A stretch of DNA of 64,000 nt from a candidate division WWE3 bacterium RAAC2_WWE3_1 (GTDB taxonomy: Bacteria; Patescibacteriota; WWE3; UBA101185; UBA10185). Numbering within the stretch: position 1 is the stretch's first letter; each line of letters opens with the position of its first letter. The notes below the pieces were generated by a model. The model searched no databases, was not told the DNA's origin, and was given only the letters and a program-made list of their open reading frames with translations. Both the position numbers and the translations under genes were made by a program. Below are positions 30,141-40,546 of this stretch, in pieces. The stretch lies in NCBI GenBank assembly GCA_000503835.1, contig CP006914.1, positions 657,680 through 721,679 of the forward strand, read 5' to 3'.

Positions 30141-31172
30141 ATGAAAATATTGGCCATTGAGACTTCCTGTGACGAGACGGCATGCGCTATCGTTGAGGAC
30201 GGTACAAAAGAACTGGTCTCCGTCGTGGCATCGTCAAAAGATTTCCATGAAAAAACGGGCGGGGTTGTACCCGAAGTGGCTTCAAGAAAGCAACTGGAGT
30301 TCATTTTTCCTGTATTAGAAAGGACGATTGAAGATTATTGTGAAAAGACCGGCATTTCCGGTAAAGATGAGGCTATTGCCTCAATAGACGTTTTGGCAGT
30401 GACTGTAGGCCCCGGATTGATCGGTTCTCTGGTAGTAGGTGTTACTGCAGCCAAGGCTCTCTCTATGGCCTGGAAAAAGCCTCTTATTCCGGTCAACCAC
30501 TTGGTAGGCCACATTTACGCTAATTTCTTAGGGGAGCCCTCCGATATAGCTTTTCCGGCCGTGTGTTTGCTGGTAAGCGGAGGACACACCGACCTTGTTC
30601 TTATGAAAGGGCACGGAGATCTTGTGTATCTTGGCGGAACGCTGGATGATGCGGCAGGGGAGTCTTTTGATAAAGTCGCACGCATGCTGGGGATATCACG
30701 CTACCTGGGAGGTGCCGTTCTTTCGCAAAAAGCCCTGGACTGCGGAAACCGCGGTCCCGCAAAATTATTTCCCCGCCCAATGCTTGATCAGGATAATTAC
30801 GATTTTTCTTTTTCAGGTTTGAAAACAGCCGTAAAAAGGTATCTGGACGGAGGAGAAAGAGATATTTCATGCACGGCAAGGGAATTCGAAGAGGCGGCGG
30901 TGGAGGTGCTCACGGCAAAAACTATGAAGGCGGTAAACAACTTTGGTATAAAAAGCTTATTGGTAGGCGGAGGAGTTTCAGCGAACAACAGACTCCGCGA
31001 AAACTTGAAAAGCGAGACAGAAAAAGCCGGAGTAAAATTATTCATTCCGGAGCCGAGATTGTGTACCGACAACGCTGTCTACATCGCTGCTGCCGCATAT
31101 TTCAATAACACAACGAAAGTGTCGGAAGAGATAAGAGCCGAACCGTCCTTAAATATAATGGGATTAGTTTAG
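30141..31172 (+). CDS. tsaD: tRNA N6-adenosine threonylcarbamoyltransferase TsaD
   Basis: MKILAIETSCDETACAIV N-terminus. Metal-binding HxxGH (VNHLVGHIYANF). GGVSANNRLRE. Confidence 0.85.
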   Translation: MKILAIETSCDETACAIVEDGTKELVSVVASSKDFHEKTGGVVPEVASRKQLEFIFPVLERTIEDYCEKTGISGKDEAIASIDVLAVTVGPGLIGSLVVGVTAAKALSMAWKKPLIPVNHLVGHIYANFLGEPSDIAFPAVCLLVSGGHTDLVLMKGHGDLVYLGGTLDDAAGESFDKVARMLGISRYLGGAVLSQKALDCGNRGPAKLFPRPMLDQDNYDFSFSGLKTAVKRYLDGGERDISCTAREFEEAAVEVLTAKTMKAVNNFGIKSLLVGGGVSANNRLRENLKSETEKAGVKLFIPEPRLCTDNAVYIAAAAYFNNTTKVSEEIRAEPSLNIMGLV

Positions 31173-31173
31173 G

Positions 31174-32421
31174 TTAAGCCAGTTTTTGCACTAATTCTTC
31201 AAGTGTCAGCAGGGAAGTTGCTTCTTCCGTTCTTTTTTTAAGCTCTATTTTTGTACCATTCTTTCTGGACACAACGGCTCTGTAGGGGATGCCTATAAGG
31301 TCGGCGTCGGAAAATTTGATTCCGGCCGTAACCTCTTCACGGTCGTCGAAAAGGACGTCAGTCTTGTTATGAAGCAGCGTGTCATAGACTTTTTCGGCAA
31401 TCTCGGCAGTCCCCTCGTCCTCGAGGTTTAACCCGATAAGATGGAGTTTGGCCGGGGCAACACTTTCGGGCCACACAATACCTTTATCATCCCCAAAAAG
31501 TTCCACGATGGTCGCCATAAGTCTTGCGGGCCCTATTCCGTATGCCCCCATGATCACGGGCTTTCGTTTTCCTTCCTCGTCGGTAAAGAATAAACCTAAG
31601 GGTTCGGAAAATCTGGTTTTTTGTTTGAAAATATTACCTACCTCGATTGCCCTGACTTCTTCAAGTTCTTCCCTTTTTACACCTAAGTCGGTTAGGACTT
31701 CCTCAGTTAAAACCTCCTTGTTTATTCCTATTTTCTTTTTGCGGTCAATGTAGATTGTATCCTCCCCTGACTCACACACTGTCTGAAATTCGTGGCTATA
31801 TTTGCTGAACGTACCTCCGCTGGCGAAAGTAAGATAAGTTTGGCCGCCGATTCCCGCGCGGGAAAATATTTTGAAATATGCTTCGGTGGCTTTCCCGTAA
31901 AAGGTATCCAGGTCCTCTTCGTTCTTGTTGAAGGAGTAAAGATCTTTCATTAAAAACTCACGTGTACGTAATAGCCCGTTTTTTGCTCTTATTTCGTTCC
32001 TGAACTTTGTCTGAAACTGAAACGGGTAGGATGGAAGGTCTTTGTACGAATTTATTTGTCGGGACATTAAGGTCGCTAAGGGCTCTTCGTGTGTGGTGGC
32101 AAGACCTACCTCGGTGTCGTTCTTGAGCTTAGTTTTGAACCAGATGTCCACAACGTCATCGCCCCATCTTCCTGATTTTTTCCAGGAGTCGGGATTTTGT
32201 AAAGCGGTCATTTGAATTTCCTGTCCTCCGATGGCGACTATTTCTTCTCTGATTATTTCTACAATTTTATTCAGAGTTTTTAATCCCAGTGGAAGAAAGG
32301 TATAGACGCCGGCCATTTCTTTGTTGATATAGCCCGCCCTCGTCAGGAGTTGAGCGTTTTTACTTGTCTCATCTTTTGGAGCTTCTTTTAAGGTTTTACC
32401 GAGCATCTGACTGTAACGCAT
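31174..32421 (-). CDS. proS: proline--tRNA ligase (short form lacking the INS editing domain)
   Basis: MRYSQMLGKTLKEAPKDE...LLTRAGYI...GVYTFLPLGLKTLNKI aligns with bacterial ProRS. At 415 aa the insertion domain is absent. Confidence 0.85.
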   Translation of the reverse strand: MRYSQMLGKTLKEAPKDETSKNAQLLTRAGYINKEMAGVYTFLPLGLKTLNKIVEIIREEIVAIGGQEIQMTALQNPDSWKKSGRWGDDVVDIWFKTKLKNDTEVGLATTHEEPLATLMSRQINSYKDLPSYPFQFQTKFRNEIRAKNGLLRTREFLMKDLYSFNKNEEDLDTFYGKATEAYFKIFSRAGIGGQTYLTFASGGTFSKYSHEFQTVCESGEDTIYIDRKKKIGINKEVLTEEVLTDLGVKREELEEVRAIEVGNIFKQKTRFSEPLGLFFTDEEGKRKPVIMGAYGIGPARLMATIVELFGDDKGIVWPESVAPAKLHLIGLNLEDEGTAEIAEKVYDTLLHNKTDVLFDDREEVTAGIKFSDADLIGIPYRAVVSRKNGTKIELKKRTEEATSLLTLEELVQKLA

Positions 32422-32488
32422 TGACCTATTATATACCATTTTTTGATTGAGCTGGCAGGTTTTTTGTGATAATCTCAGTCAATAACCC

Positions 32489-34738
32489 ATGGATAAGAGG
32501 TACGAACATAAAATAAAAGAGCCCGAAGTACTTAAAAAGTGGGCAGATGCCGAAGCCTTTAAAGCAGATATAGACTCAGGTAAAAAACCCTACACCATAA
32601 TCCTTCCTCCTCCGAACGCTTCAGGAAAGATGCACGTCGGCAACGCCTTGATGATAGCTATCGAGGATTTATTAATACGCTGGAAAAGGATGAAGGGATA
32701 CGAGGCTCTTTGGGTTCCCGGCACGGATCACGCCGGTTTTGAATCCCAGACCACTTTCGAAAGAGAGCTTAAGAAGCAGGGAAAATCCCGTTTTGACTAT
32801 GACCGCGACACTTTCTACAAAATGATGATGGAGTTTGTTTTAAACAACAAAAATCTTATCGAGGAGCAATTCAAAAGTATGGGCGCGAGCGTTGATTGGT
32901 CCCGTTACACGTTTACGCTGGAAGAAAGATCTATAAACACGGTCATTAGCACTTTTGAGAAAATGGTAAAGGACGGCCTCATCTATCGTTCCGACTACGT
33001 TGTTAATTACTCGTTTAAGTACGGTACTACTTTCTCAGACGCCGAAATTGTAATGAAAGAAAGAACCGACCCACTCTATTATATTAAATACGGACCTTTA
33101 ACCGTCGCTACGGTAAGACCGGAAACCAAGCTGGGCGACACGGCTTTGGCGGTTAATCCTGCGGACCTCCGTTATAAGGACTATATAGGGAAGGAGATTT
33201 CTTTTGATGATGTTACGGGGAAAAATAAATTAAAAGTTATAGGGGACTCTTATGTCGACCCCGCATTCGGTACCGGGGTTTTGAAAGTTACCCCCGCGCA
33301 CGACAAAAATGATTATGAGATAGGGATAAGACATGGGCTTGAAGTGAAACAGGTGATTGGGATTGACGGAAAAATGACCTCTTTGGCGGGAAAATATGAG
33401 GGAATGAAGGTTTTGGATGCAAGAAAACAGGTGGTTGAGGATTTAGAAAAGATGGGGGTGATGGAAAAAATAGACACCACTTACGTACATCCTGTGCCGG
33501 TCGACTATAGAAGTGAGGATTACATCGAGCAGTTAGTGTTGCCCAACTGGTTCATAAAAGTGGACAGCCTGAAAAAAGCGGGATTGGAAGCTGTGCAAAA
33601 AGGGCACGTAAAGATTTTCCCCAAATGGCAGGAGATAACTTACACAAGGTGGATGGAGAATATGAGGGATTGGGCTATTTCCCGTCAGATAGTTTGGGGG
33701 ATAAGAGTTCCCGCGTGGTACAGCGTTGATGAGAACCCCAATCTTTTTGTGACTTTTATTAAGGGCGGCAAAGCTGTGTCAGGAAAGGTTTCCCACCTGC
33801 TGAGCAAGTATGAACTCGGCGAAATCTCTTCCGGGTTGCAGTCCTTGTTCGCCCCCAATAAAGCTAAATATGTTGTACAGAAAGATTCCCCCGGAGCCGG
33901 ATTTTTACCTGAAACCGACACCTTCGATACGTGGTTTTCAAGCGGCCAGTGGCCTTTGATTACTTTAGGCTACCCCGATTCAAGAGATTATAAACATTTC
34001 TACCCCACGGATGTTCTGGAAACGGGTTGGGAGATAATCACGAGGTGGGTATCCAGGATGATAATGTTCGGAATTTACCTTACCGGCAAACCGCCCTTCA
34101 AAGAAGTCTATCTTCACGGCAGGGTAATGGCTTTGGACGGTAAGAAAATGAGCAAAAGCCTCGGCAATGTTATCAATCCCGAAGAGTACCAGACTGAGTT
34201 CGGCACCGACGCTTTGAGAATGGGATTAATAAGCGGTACCGCCAACGGCAAAGATTTTGCGTTTCCCAAGGACAAGGTTCTGGCCTACAGGAATTTCTCG
34301 AACAAAATATGGAACATGGTCAGATTCTTATTTTTATTGGCTGAGGAAGAGAACTTAAGCTCGGAGGAGATGAAAAGTTATAGACCGGGTGATTCGGAGA
34401 AAGACTCTACTGACCTTGAAATGTACGATGACTTTAAAGAGCTGGTAAAGTCCGTTGATAAATCTCTGAGCAAATACAGGTTTTCGGATGCCGGTGACGC
34501 TATTTACCACTACATGTGGGACAAGCTGGCTTCCACTTACATCGAAGATGTTAAGTCGCGGGAAAACCCTGAGTTGAAGAAAGTCGGGTTGAAGAACCTT
34601 TCTTATTTGCTCATAAATTGCCTGAAGGTTTTGCACCCGTTCATGCCGTTCGTGACAGAAACAATTTGGGGGGAGTTTTTGGAGAAGGGTTTGGTGGAAA
34701 AACCGTTATTGGCAAAAACAGAGTGGCCGGGGGTTTGA
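32489..34738 (+). CDS. valS: valine--tRNA ligase
   Basis: PPPNASGKMHVGNAL (HIGH), ATVRPETKLGDTALAVNP, KVTPAHDKNDYEIG, KMSKSLGNVINP (KMSKS). 749 aa; the C-terminal coiled coil is absent. Confidence 0.85.
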   Translation: MDKRYEHKIKEPEVLKKWADAEAFKADIDSGKKPYTIILPPPNASGKMHVGNALMIAIEDLLIRWKRMKGYEALWVPGTDHAGFESQTTFERELKKQGKSRFDYDRDTFYKMMMEFVLNNKNLIEEQFKSMGASVDWSRYTFTLEERSINTVISTFEKMVKDGLIYRSDYVVNYSFKYGTTFSDAEIVMKERTDPLYYIKYGPLTVATVRPETKLGDTALAVNPADLRYKDYIGKEISFDDVTGKNKLKVIGDSYVDPAFGTGVLKVTPAHDKNDYEIGIRHGLEVKQVIGIDGKMTSLAGKYEGMKVLDARKQVVEDLEKMGVMEKIDTTYVHPVPVDYRSEDYIEQLVLPNWFIKVDSLKKAGLEAVQKGHVKIFPKWQEITYTRWMENMRDWAISRQIVWGIRVPAWYSVDENPNLFVTFIKGGKAVSGKVSHLLSKYELGEISSGLQSLFAPNKAKYVVQKDSPGAGFLPETDTFDTWFSSGQWPLITLGYPDSRDYKHFYPTDVLETGWEIITRWVSRMIMFGIYLTGKPPFKEVYLHGRVMALDGKKMSKSLGNVINPEEYQTEFGTDALRMGLISGTANGKDFAFPKDKVLAYRNFSNKIWNMVRFLFLLAEEENLSSEEMKSYRPGDSEKDSTDLEMYDDFKELVKSVDKSLSKYRFSDAGDAIYHYMWDKLASTYIEDVKSRENPELKKVGLKNLSYLLINCLKVLHPFMPFVTETIWGEFLEKGLVEKPLLAKTEWPGV

Positions 34739-34771
34739 CGGAGCTTTTGTGGAAAAGGGTTGTCAGAAATC

Positions 34772-35452
34772 TTACTTTTCTTCTTTCTTTTCCTTCTTTT
34801 CCTCGCCGCCTTCTTCTTCCTCTACGGCAGTCTCTTCGGTGGCCTCTATCTTTTCGAGGGCTTCTTCTTCGCTTACAACAACCTCTTCCTCGACCTGTTC
34901 TTCAATCTTGTCGAGTTTGATAACCATATCTCCGGGTTCGAGGTCAACCAGGCCTACTTTGGAGGTATCGTAGCTAAGTTGTGAAGCAAGAACAACGTCT
35001 CCGACCTGCATGTTCGATACATCGATTTCAAATGCATGGGGGAGGTCCATAGGCAAAGCTTCCACAGCGATTTCGTTGGTAAGTATTAAAACTATAGCCT
35101 CGCCGTTCTTTAGAAATTCGTTGTTCTCTTCGCCGATTACCTCAACAGGTACCTGAGCCTCTGTCTTTTCTTTGAGGTTAGGCTTATAAAATCCGGCATG
35201 AATTATTTTGCCGGTAAGAGGATCTTCCTGCATTTCCTTAAAGAGTACTTTTTCAGTGTCTTTACCTATCTTTATGTCTATGAGGGTCGTTTCACCACCT
35301 TCATTGTAGGCTTTTTCAACCTCTGTCTGGGAAACCGTTATAGCTTGGGACTTCAAGCCTTTTCCGAATATAACGGCAGGCATAAAGCCGCTTTTCTTTA
35401 GGCTTTTCGAGGCTTTGCCAAGTTTTTCTCTTTTTTCTGCAATAAGTTCCAT
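34772..35452 (-). CDS. rplY: 50S ribosomal protein L25/general stress protein Ctc
   Basis: MELIAEKREKLGKASKSLKKSGFMPAVIFG N-terminus. Long acidic/Lys-rich C-terminal tail. Confidence 0.8.
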   Translation of the reverse strand: MELIAEKREKLGKASKSLKKSGFMPAVIFGKGLKSQAITVSQTEVEKAYNEGGETTLIDIKIGKDTEKVLFKEMQEDPLTGKIIHAGFYKPNLKEKTEAQVPVEVIGEENNEFLKNGEAIVLILTNEIAVEALPMDLPHAFEIDVSNMQVGDVVLASQLSYDTSKVGLVDLEPGDMVIKLDKIEEQVEEEVVVSEEEALEKIEATEETAVEEEEGGEEKKEKKEEK

Positions 35453-35757
35453 ATGCGTTCTTTTTTTAGGGCAAGGTGGAGGTCCAAGACCTCATCATAG
35501 CTTACTGACTTAATTCCGACAAATTTTTTAAACTCCGTACCTTTTAGGTCGGATTGTACCGGCACTATTCCGTTGCCTGTTGGTGTAATGGTTACCATGC
35601 TTTCCGCTTTACATTTCGGGCAGACGGCGTGCGCGACCCACGCTATGCTAGCTTCGCTTGAAATGGGCACGATCTCGGCTCTCTCTAAACTCGTTCCACA
35701 TTTGTAGCAGAGGGTCTTCCGTAGGTTGTCCAGAATATACTTTTCTTTGGTCATCAT
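35398..35757 (-). CDS. zinc-ribbon domain protein
   Basis: 119 aa with CYKCG...CPKCK pairs. The 3' end overlaps the rplY start by 55 nt. Confidence 0.35.
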   Translation of the reverse strand: MMTKEKYILDNLRKTLCYKCGTSLERAEIVPISSEASIAWVAHAVCPKCKAESMVTITPTGNGIVPVQSDLKGTEFKKFVGIKSVSYDEVLDLHLALKKERIWNLLQKKEKNLAKPRKA

Positions 35758-35875
35758 CCTACTTAAGCAACTGGTATTCTACTGACTCTCCCCAATAAGG
35801 TCAATGACTTAATTGAGGCAGTAGGGGGCTGTTGCGGCAAACACTTTAAATACTACAGGTCTCTATGGCAGCAGG

Positions 35876-37684
35876 TTAATTCTGAGACTCCATGCTAATA
35901 GTCATGACCTTACTGCCGTTGAGAAGGTAAATAGTGCTCTCGTCTGAGGTCACGGTCATATCTCTAAGGGAATCCCACGATGCTTGAGGTTCGTGCGTAT
36001 ATTGTTTGACAAGATTTCCCTCGGTGTCCAACACAATAACCCTTTGATTAGCAGGATCGAGAACATAAATATTATCGAAATCTATGTCGGTAATTACTTT
36101 CGTAGCTCCCCCAAGATCCTTATTTAGTCCTTTTACTTCGAACGTATTTTTATTTCCGCTGGTGTGTTTTGTCAGCTCGCCGTTAGACGTGAGCAGGTAA
36201 ATACTGTAAGCGACCGAGAGCGAACGGGCGTTTTGAAATTCCGCACTCTGCCCCCAAAGAGTTTCGGAATATTGTGTTCCGTCTTTTTCATATCTATTGA
36301 GCTTATCTGCCGTTATTCCGTAAAGATAATCCGAATATGTATTTATAATCTCAACGCCGGGCATATCAAAAGATGTAAGATCCGCCGGGTTGGACGGGGT
36401 ATAGGAGTGGAACTTATTGTTTTGCAGGAAGCCGACACGGCCGTTAAGGGCTATGAGGGAGCTGAGTCCCGGGTAGGTTGTTGCCTCAGCCTCAAATTTA
36501 GCGGGATCCGTAGCGGATTTGTAGATCTTTCCCGATACTGGGTCGCCTGCGATTAAATATCCGGCGACCGAAACGATTTCTTTAGGTTCCGCGGCCTGGT
36601 CGGTAATTTTGATATCGTAAAAAATCTCGGGGGTTACGCGTAATACTTTATATTGGCCGTCGTCTTTGGTAATTTCGGCTACGTCTACCGGCTGTTCCCG
36701 GGGAGGTGTTGTCTCTACGGAAACTTCGTTCTGAACCTGTGGCGCGGGTACCTCCGGCGACGATTTTTTTCCGGCAAGCTGCCAGACCAGAGCCGTCACC
36801 AATACAAGTCCGAGTACAGGCAGGAGGAACACAACTTTTTTAGTCAGTTTTATTCCCTCTTTTTTATTCACGCCCGAAGTGTCTATCCTGGTAGTTGTCT
36901 GCTTCTTTTTTGCGAACAGCCCCGTAACCTTTTTTGCTAACGGTGCCGCTTTTTCGACACTTTTCCTCGCTCCCAGGATTATTTTTTCGACCTGTTCCCT
37001 TTTTCGATTCCTGCTCGCTTGTTTTTCGAGACCGAAATCGATAACCTCATCTTCCGTAAAGGAAGTGTCAATAATAAATTTCAAAAGTACACAGGCTTCG
37101 TTCTCTTTTAAATTCTGTTCTGCGATTCTCGTCGACAAAAGTCTTTGAGGAGGATAGTTTTTTGTAAATTGTCTTGAACAAAGAATTACAACATCTTCGT
37201 CTTTAACAATTCCTGACGCTGCAGCGAACGTACCCTCGCTTACGGCCTCTATGGGTTTTACTGTTCCGTCGCGCATAAGGTAACTATCGGCGTCTCCCAC
37301 TCCTACTGCATAAAAAACATTACCCCACAAAACTCCTGCGGTGACGTTCAACTGTACCCCGGTCGGTTCGGCGCTCAGGGCATCGTTTGAAAGTTGTAAT
37401 ATTTTCTCTTTAGCCTCAACAATTGCTTTTTCCAGAGATTGAATGGGCGAAATATTATCTGATTGGTAGTAACTATTGTGAAGAATGTCGCGCAGAACAC
37501 GGTCGGTAAGCGCGGTATCAAAGTTGGCGGCCCCGGTTATTTCGTACACTGCATATATACCGCCCTTTTTTAGTAGAAGCTCTTTTGACTCGGGCTCGAT
37601 TACCAGACATTTTGCAAAAGAAGTAGCAAACTGCTGAAGGGGCGGGTTGATTTCCTGGATTTTGGCAGTAAGTTTCTTTTTCAT
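35876..37684 (-). CDS. membrane protein with N-terminal PP2C-like (PPM) domain and extracytoplasmic repeat (beta-propeller-like) domain
   Basis: 602 aa. N-terminal region with GDADSYLMRDG and VVILCS motifs reminiscent of PPM phosphatases. One TM (VVFLLPVLGLVLVTALVW). C-terminal repeats such as IYVLDPANQRVIVLDTEGNLV. Confidence 0.45.
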   Translation of the reverse strand: MKKKLTAKIQEINPPLQQFATSFAKCLVIEPESKELLLKKGGIYAVYEITGAANFDTALTDRVLRDILHNSYYQSDNISPIQSLEKAIVEAKEKILQLSNDALSAEPTGVQLNVTAGVLWGNVFYAVGVGDADSYLMRDGTVKPIEAVSEGTFAAASGIVKDEDVVILCSRQFTKNYPPQRLLSTRIAEQNLKENEACVLLKFIIDTSFTEDEVIDFGLEKQASRNRKREQVEKIILGARKSVEKAAPLAKKVTGLFAKKKQTTTRIDTSGVNKKEGIKLTKKVVFLLPVLGLVLVTALVWQLAGKKSSPEVPAPQVQNEVSVETTPPREQPVDVAEITKDDGQYKVLRVTPEIFYDIKITDQAAEPKEIVSVAGYLIAGDPVSGKIYKSATDPAKFEAEATTYPGLSSLIALNGRVGFLQNNKFHSYTPSNPADLTSFDMPGVEIINTYSDYLYGITADKLNRYEKDGTQYSETLWGQSAEFQNARSLSVAYSIYLLTSNGELTKHTSGNKNTFEVKGLNKDLGGATKVITDIDFDNIYVLDPANQRVIVLDTEGNLVKQYTHEPQASWDSLRDMTVTSDESTIYLLNGSKVMTISMESQN

Positions 37685-37687
37685 CTT

Positions 37688-37927
37688 TTATAAATTTACA
37701 AGGGCGGCGAGCAAAAGTATTAACGCCACGAAAAAATGTAATCTTCCGAAAAATGAAAACACCGAGCCGAGCGGCGTTGAAAAACTTTTATTCATTAGCC
37801 TTATTTGTCTCATAAGAAGAAACGCGAAAATTAAATATCCTGCAACGAAGAATAGAACTACAAAGTCCGTTACGGTAATTACTCCCGCGGCAGGTATTAA
37901 ATTTTCTAAGCTAGGCGTTGTGTTCAT
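37688..37927 (-). CDS. small membrane protein
   Basis: 79 aa with two hydrophobic helices. Confidence 0.3.
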   Translation of the reverse strand: MNTTPSLENLIPAAGVITVTDFVVLFFVAGYLIFAFLLMRQIRLMNKSFSTPLGSVFSFFGRLHFFVALILLLAALVNL

Positions 37928-38471
37928 GATTTTTCACCCTTGCGACCAGGTCAGACAAAACGTCCCTTATTTTTGAAGGGTCGTCTACACCCCCGAACTC
38001 GAACTCTCTTTTTTCTGCTGCTGTTTGTATGTAAAGGGCGCCGATGTTAAATGTAACTCCGATGGCTCCCGCAACATTTGAAGTTACGTCTTCGATATTG
38101 TCCAGAGTGGTTTCGGAAATATTCTTGTAAAGAATCCCCACAAAGTCCACGTCCACGATTTTTTTATTTGTGATAATGAGTACGTTAAAAAACCAGTTCA
38201 AAACATTTTGAAGAAAAAATCCGAAAACAAAAAGATACCAAAGAACCGTTAGTATTAAAACAGAACCACCATCGAGTATAGCGGGGGCTCCTTTCGGAAC
38301 TTGACTGACAATAAGCGGTACCAATATGGGGACAACGAAGAGGAACGCCGTCGCAAGTATCCACGGGAATGTTAGTAGTACGGATTTCCTTATTACGTAT
38401 TTTATTCTCTCGTCGTCATCTCTTCCATCATAAGAGGTGGATTTAGGGTTTTCCTGGAGTGATCCGAGCAT
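37911..38471 (-). CDS. bacterial PH-domain (YdbS/YdbT-like) membrane protein
   Basis: Two TM helices followed by about 90 aa resembling the bPH_2 fold (..VDFVGILYKNISETTLDNIEDV...). Confidence 0.4.
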   Translation of the reverse strand: MLGSLQENPKSTSYDGRDDDERIKYVIRKSVLLTFPWILATAFLFVVPILVPLIVSQVPKGAPAILDGGSVLILTVLWYLFVFGFFLQNVLNWFFNVLIITNKKIVDVDFVGILYKNISETTLDNIEDVTSNVAGAIGVTFNIGALYIQTAAEKREFEFGGVDDPSKIRDVLSDLVARVKNHEHNA

Positions 38472-38513
38472 GCTGCAATTATAGCATTACGGTAGGTGAC
38501 CGGGGCAAAAAAG

Positions 38514-40415
38514 TTATTTTTTTAGAATGTTAAACAACGCCTTACTGTCGGGGGTATGTTTTATAGCTATGTATCCGGGCGCTCTTATGTTGAACGCTTC
38601 TGCGAATATTTGACCATCCACCTGTTTTTCCCCTTTATCTGTGATAAAAGTTAGAGTGGTGGTTCTACCGTCGTTGAATTTAATATTTTTTACTCCGGTG
38701 ACATTTTCGTAACCCGCGTTGCTATCAACGGATTTGGCTTTACCCCTAAGCTCTTCTTTGTCGTAAGGATCCCCGCTCATTCCGGCAATCGGGCATTTGT
38801 TTATGGTTTCAGGCAGAATTCTGCTGGTATTTTTGTTCGCTTTTAACAAAACGTATGCATTTAGGATGTCCGCCATTTCTTCTCCATTAAGCCAGGGGTG
38901 TTTTCTGCCGCAGGTAGAAGAATCCCTTTTGTATGTTTGTGTAAACCAAGCTTTATAGAACCAAGGTGACTCCGCCTTTTTTTCATACGCATCGTTTGGC
39001 CACGAACCTCCGTCTGTAATGTCCCACCCCACACCATTTATCCATCCACCGGTAGTAGAGGAGTATTGGGCTGACACGCCTCCTTTGAGAATTCTGTCTT
39101 TGGTGTCGTCGGCCTTTATTGCCTCGTACCACCTTTTTCTGTCATCTCTATTCATTAGAGAGCTGCTGAAATACTGACAGCTAGTAGAGGTACAAATGCA
39201 GCCCCCATCTTTGGTCTTATTGTAGGCGTAGGTTCTAGCTGCTATGGCCTGGGCTTTTAGGGCGTCTGTGTCCCATGATGGGGGCATTTCGCCCAACCCT
39301 CTCAGATACTCTCCCATTTTCATATCCCCCACGCCCTGCACACATATAGTTTTTCCGTCAAGACCGTCTTTTTTTTCTATCCCCGTCTCGTAATAGTATT
39401 CAAGAATTTCTTCAAAGCTTTGGCCATCCTCAGCGCGCCCTTTCGCCCCGTATTGGCTCATTCCATTTCGGTGTGTGTATGCTCCGTAGCTGAAGGATCC
39501 GAATGCCGGGCTGAAGCCGGGGTTATAGCCAGGGTCAGTTCTCGAGTCATCTGTTTCCACTCCCTCACTCAAGGAAGCACTAAAATCACCGGATTTTGCC
39601 TGCAAAACTGCCTGTTGTTTTGATGTGAGGTCTGCGAGATCCTCTTCTATTTCTCCCAACTTCCCCTCAACTTCTTTCTCGTCGCCGGTGACATTACTCA
39701 ACTCTCCCTGTGCGGAATTCTTTCGCGCGTCAAGTTCAGCTTTGGCGGCTAAAAACTCTTTTTGCGTATCTTCAAGTTCCCCCTTTAATTTTTCTCCCTC
39801 AGCTTTATCTTTTTCGTAGCTGTCTATTTCCGAATTCAATCCTGTGATTATTTTTATCGTTTCGTCGGTTACTGCGGTATTAAAAGCCTGGGATAGGGTA
39901 GCGAATTGAAAACCGTTCAATCCCGTTGAAGCATTTGTTACCAAAAAAGTTTCAATGTCGTTGAGCAGGTGTCTTTTGGAATATGTACGTACTACTTTGT
40001 TTCTTAGGGATATTTTTTCGGCAAGAGAAGTTTTTCTGTCTGCAAGTATCGCATTTATTTCATCGAGCTGTTTTTTTATTTTTGTGATTTCATTTTGAAG
40101 GTCATCGATCTCTGCTTGTGTCACGCTGATCTGGCTAAGAAGCCCGGAGATTTTTTGTGTTATCTGGTTTTTTGTTTCTCGGATTTGGGAAAGTTTGCTG
40201 CTTGTGGATTGGTATTCATCTTCTTTTTTTTCTATTTGTTCTTCGTAGCATTTTGCTTTGTCATCCAGGTCTGAGATGTTTTTGCAGGGGTCGTCTGCGA
40301 AGGTGTGGGTGGCCAGCAGCACTGCCAGGAGTGTAAACAAAAAGATAGTCCATACGCTGGAGTTTAGATGTTTAACGGATACAGATGTAGGCAGATGTAT
40401 GTTGGGCTCGAACAT
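38514..40415 (-). CDS. SpoIID/LytB-domain peptidoglycan-remodelling protein with long N-terminal coiled coil
   Basis: Signal/TM, then about 250 aa of coiled coil (SMC/CwlO-like). GMSQYGAKGRAEDGQSFEEILEYYY matches the SpoIID/LytB signature. Confidence 0.6.
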   Translation of the reverse strand: MFEPNIHLPTSVSVKHLNSSVWTIFLFTLLAVLLATHTFADDPCKNISDLDDKAKCYEEQIEKKEDEYQSTSSKLSQIRETKNQITQKISGLLSQISVTQAEIDDLQNEITKIKKQLDEINAILADRKTSLAEKISLRNKVVRTYSKRHLLNDIETFLVTNASTGLNGFQFATLSQAFNTAVTDETIKIITGLNSEIDSYEKDKAEGEKLKGELEDTQKEFLAAKAELDARKNSAQGELSNVTGDEKEVEGKLGEIEEDLADLTSKQQAVLQAKSGDFSASLSEGVETDDSRTDPGYNPGFSPAFGSFSYGAYTHRNGMSQYGAKGRAEDGQSFEEILEYYYETGIEKKDGLDGKTICVQGVGDMKMGEYLRGLGEMPPSWDTDALKAQAIAARTYAYNKTKDGGCICTSTSCQYFSSSLMNRDDRKRWYEAIKADDTKDRILKGGVSAQYSSTTGGWINGVGWDITDGGSWPNDAYEKKAESPWFYKAWFTQTYKRDSSTCGRKHPWLNGEEMADILNAYVLLKANKNTSRILPETINKCPIAGMSGDPYDKEELRGKAKSVDSNAGYENVTGVKNIKFNDGRTTTLTFITDKGEKQVDGQIFAEAFNIRAPGYIAIKHTPDSKALFNILKK

Positions 40416-40546
40416 GTGGGTTTATTATATCAGGTAACGTTTCGGATGCAGTAACGCATTAGGTAAAGAATAAGGCACTAAGCACCCTAAAAGCCGTGTC
40501 AATCTGTAGATTTTTTCCAAAATAACTGGTAGATTTTAATGTAGTT

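Noticed and set aside
34618-34984. Three overlapping plus-strand ORFs with F/L/S-rich low-complexity translations
   Set aside because: They are the antisense of the acidic/Lys-rich C-terminal tail of rplY. They have repeat-driven open frames and no coding signal.
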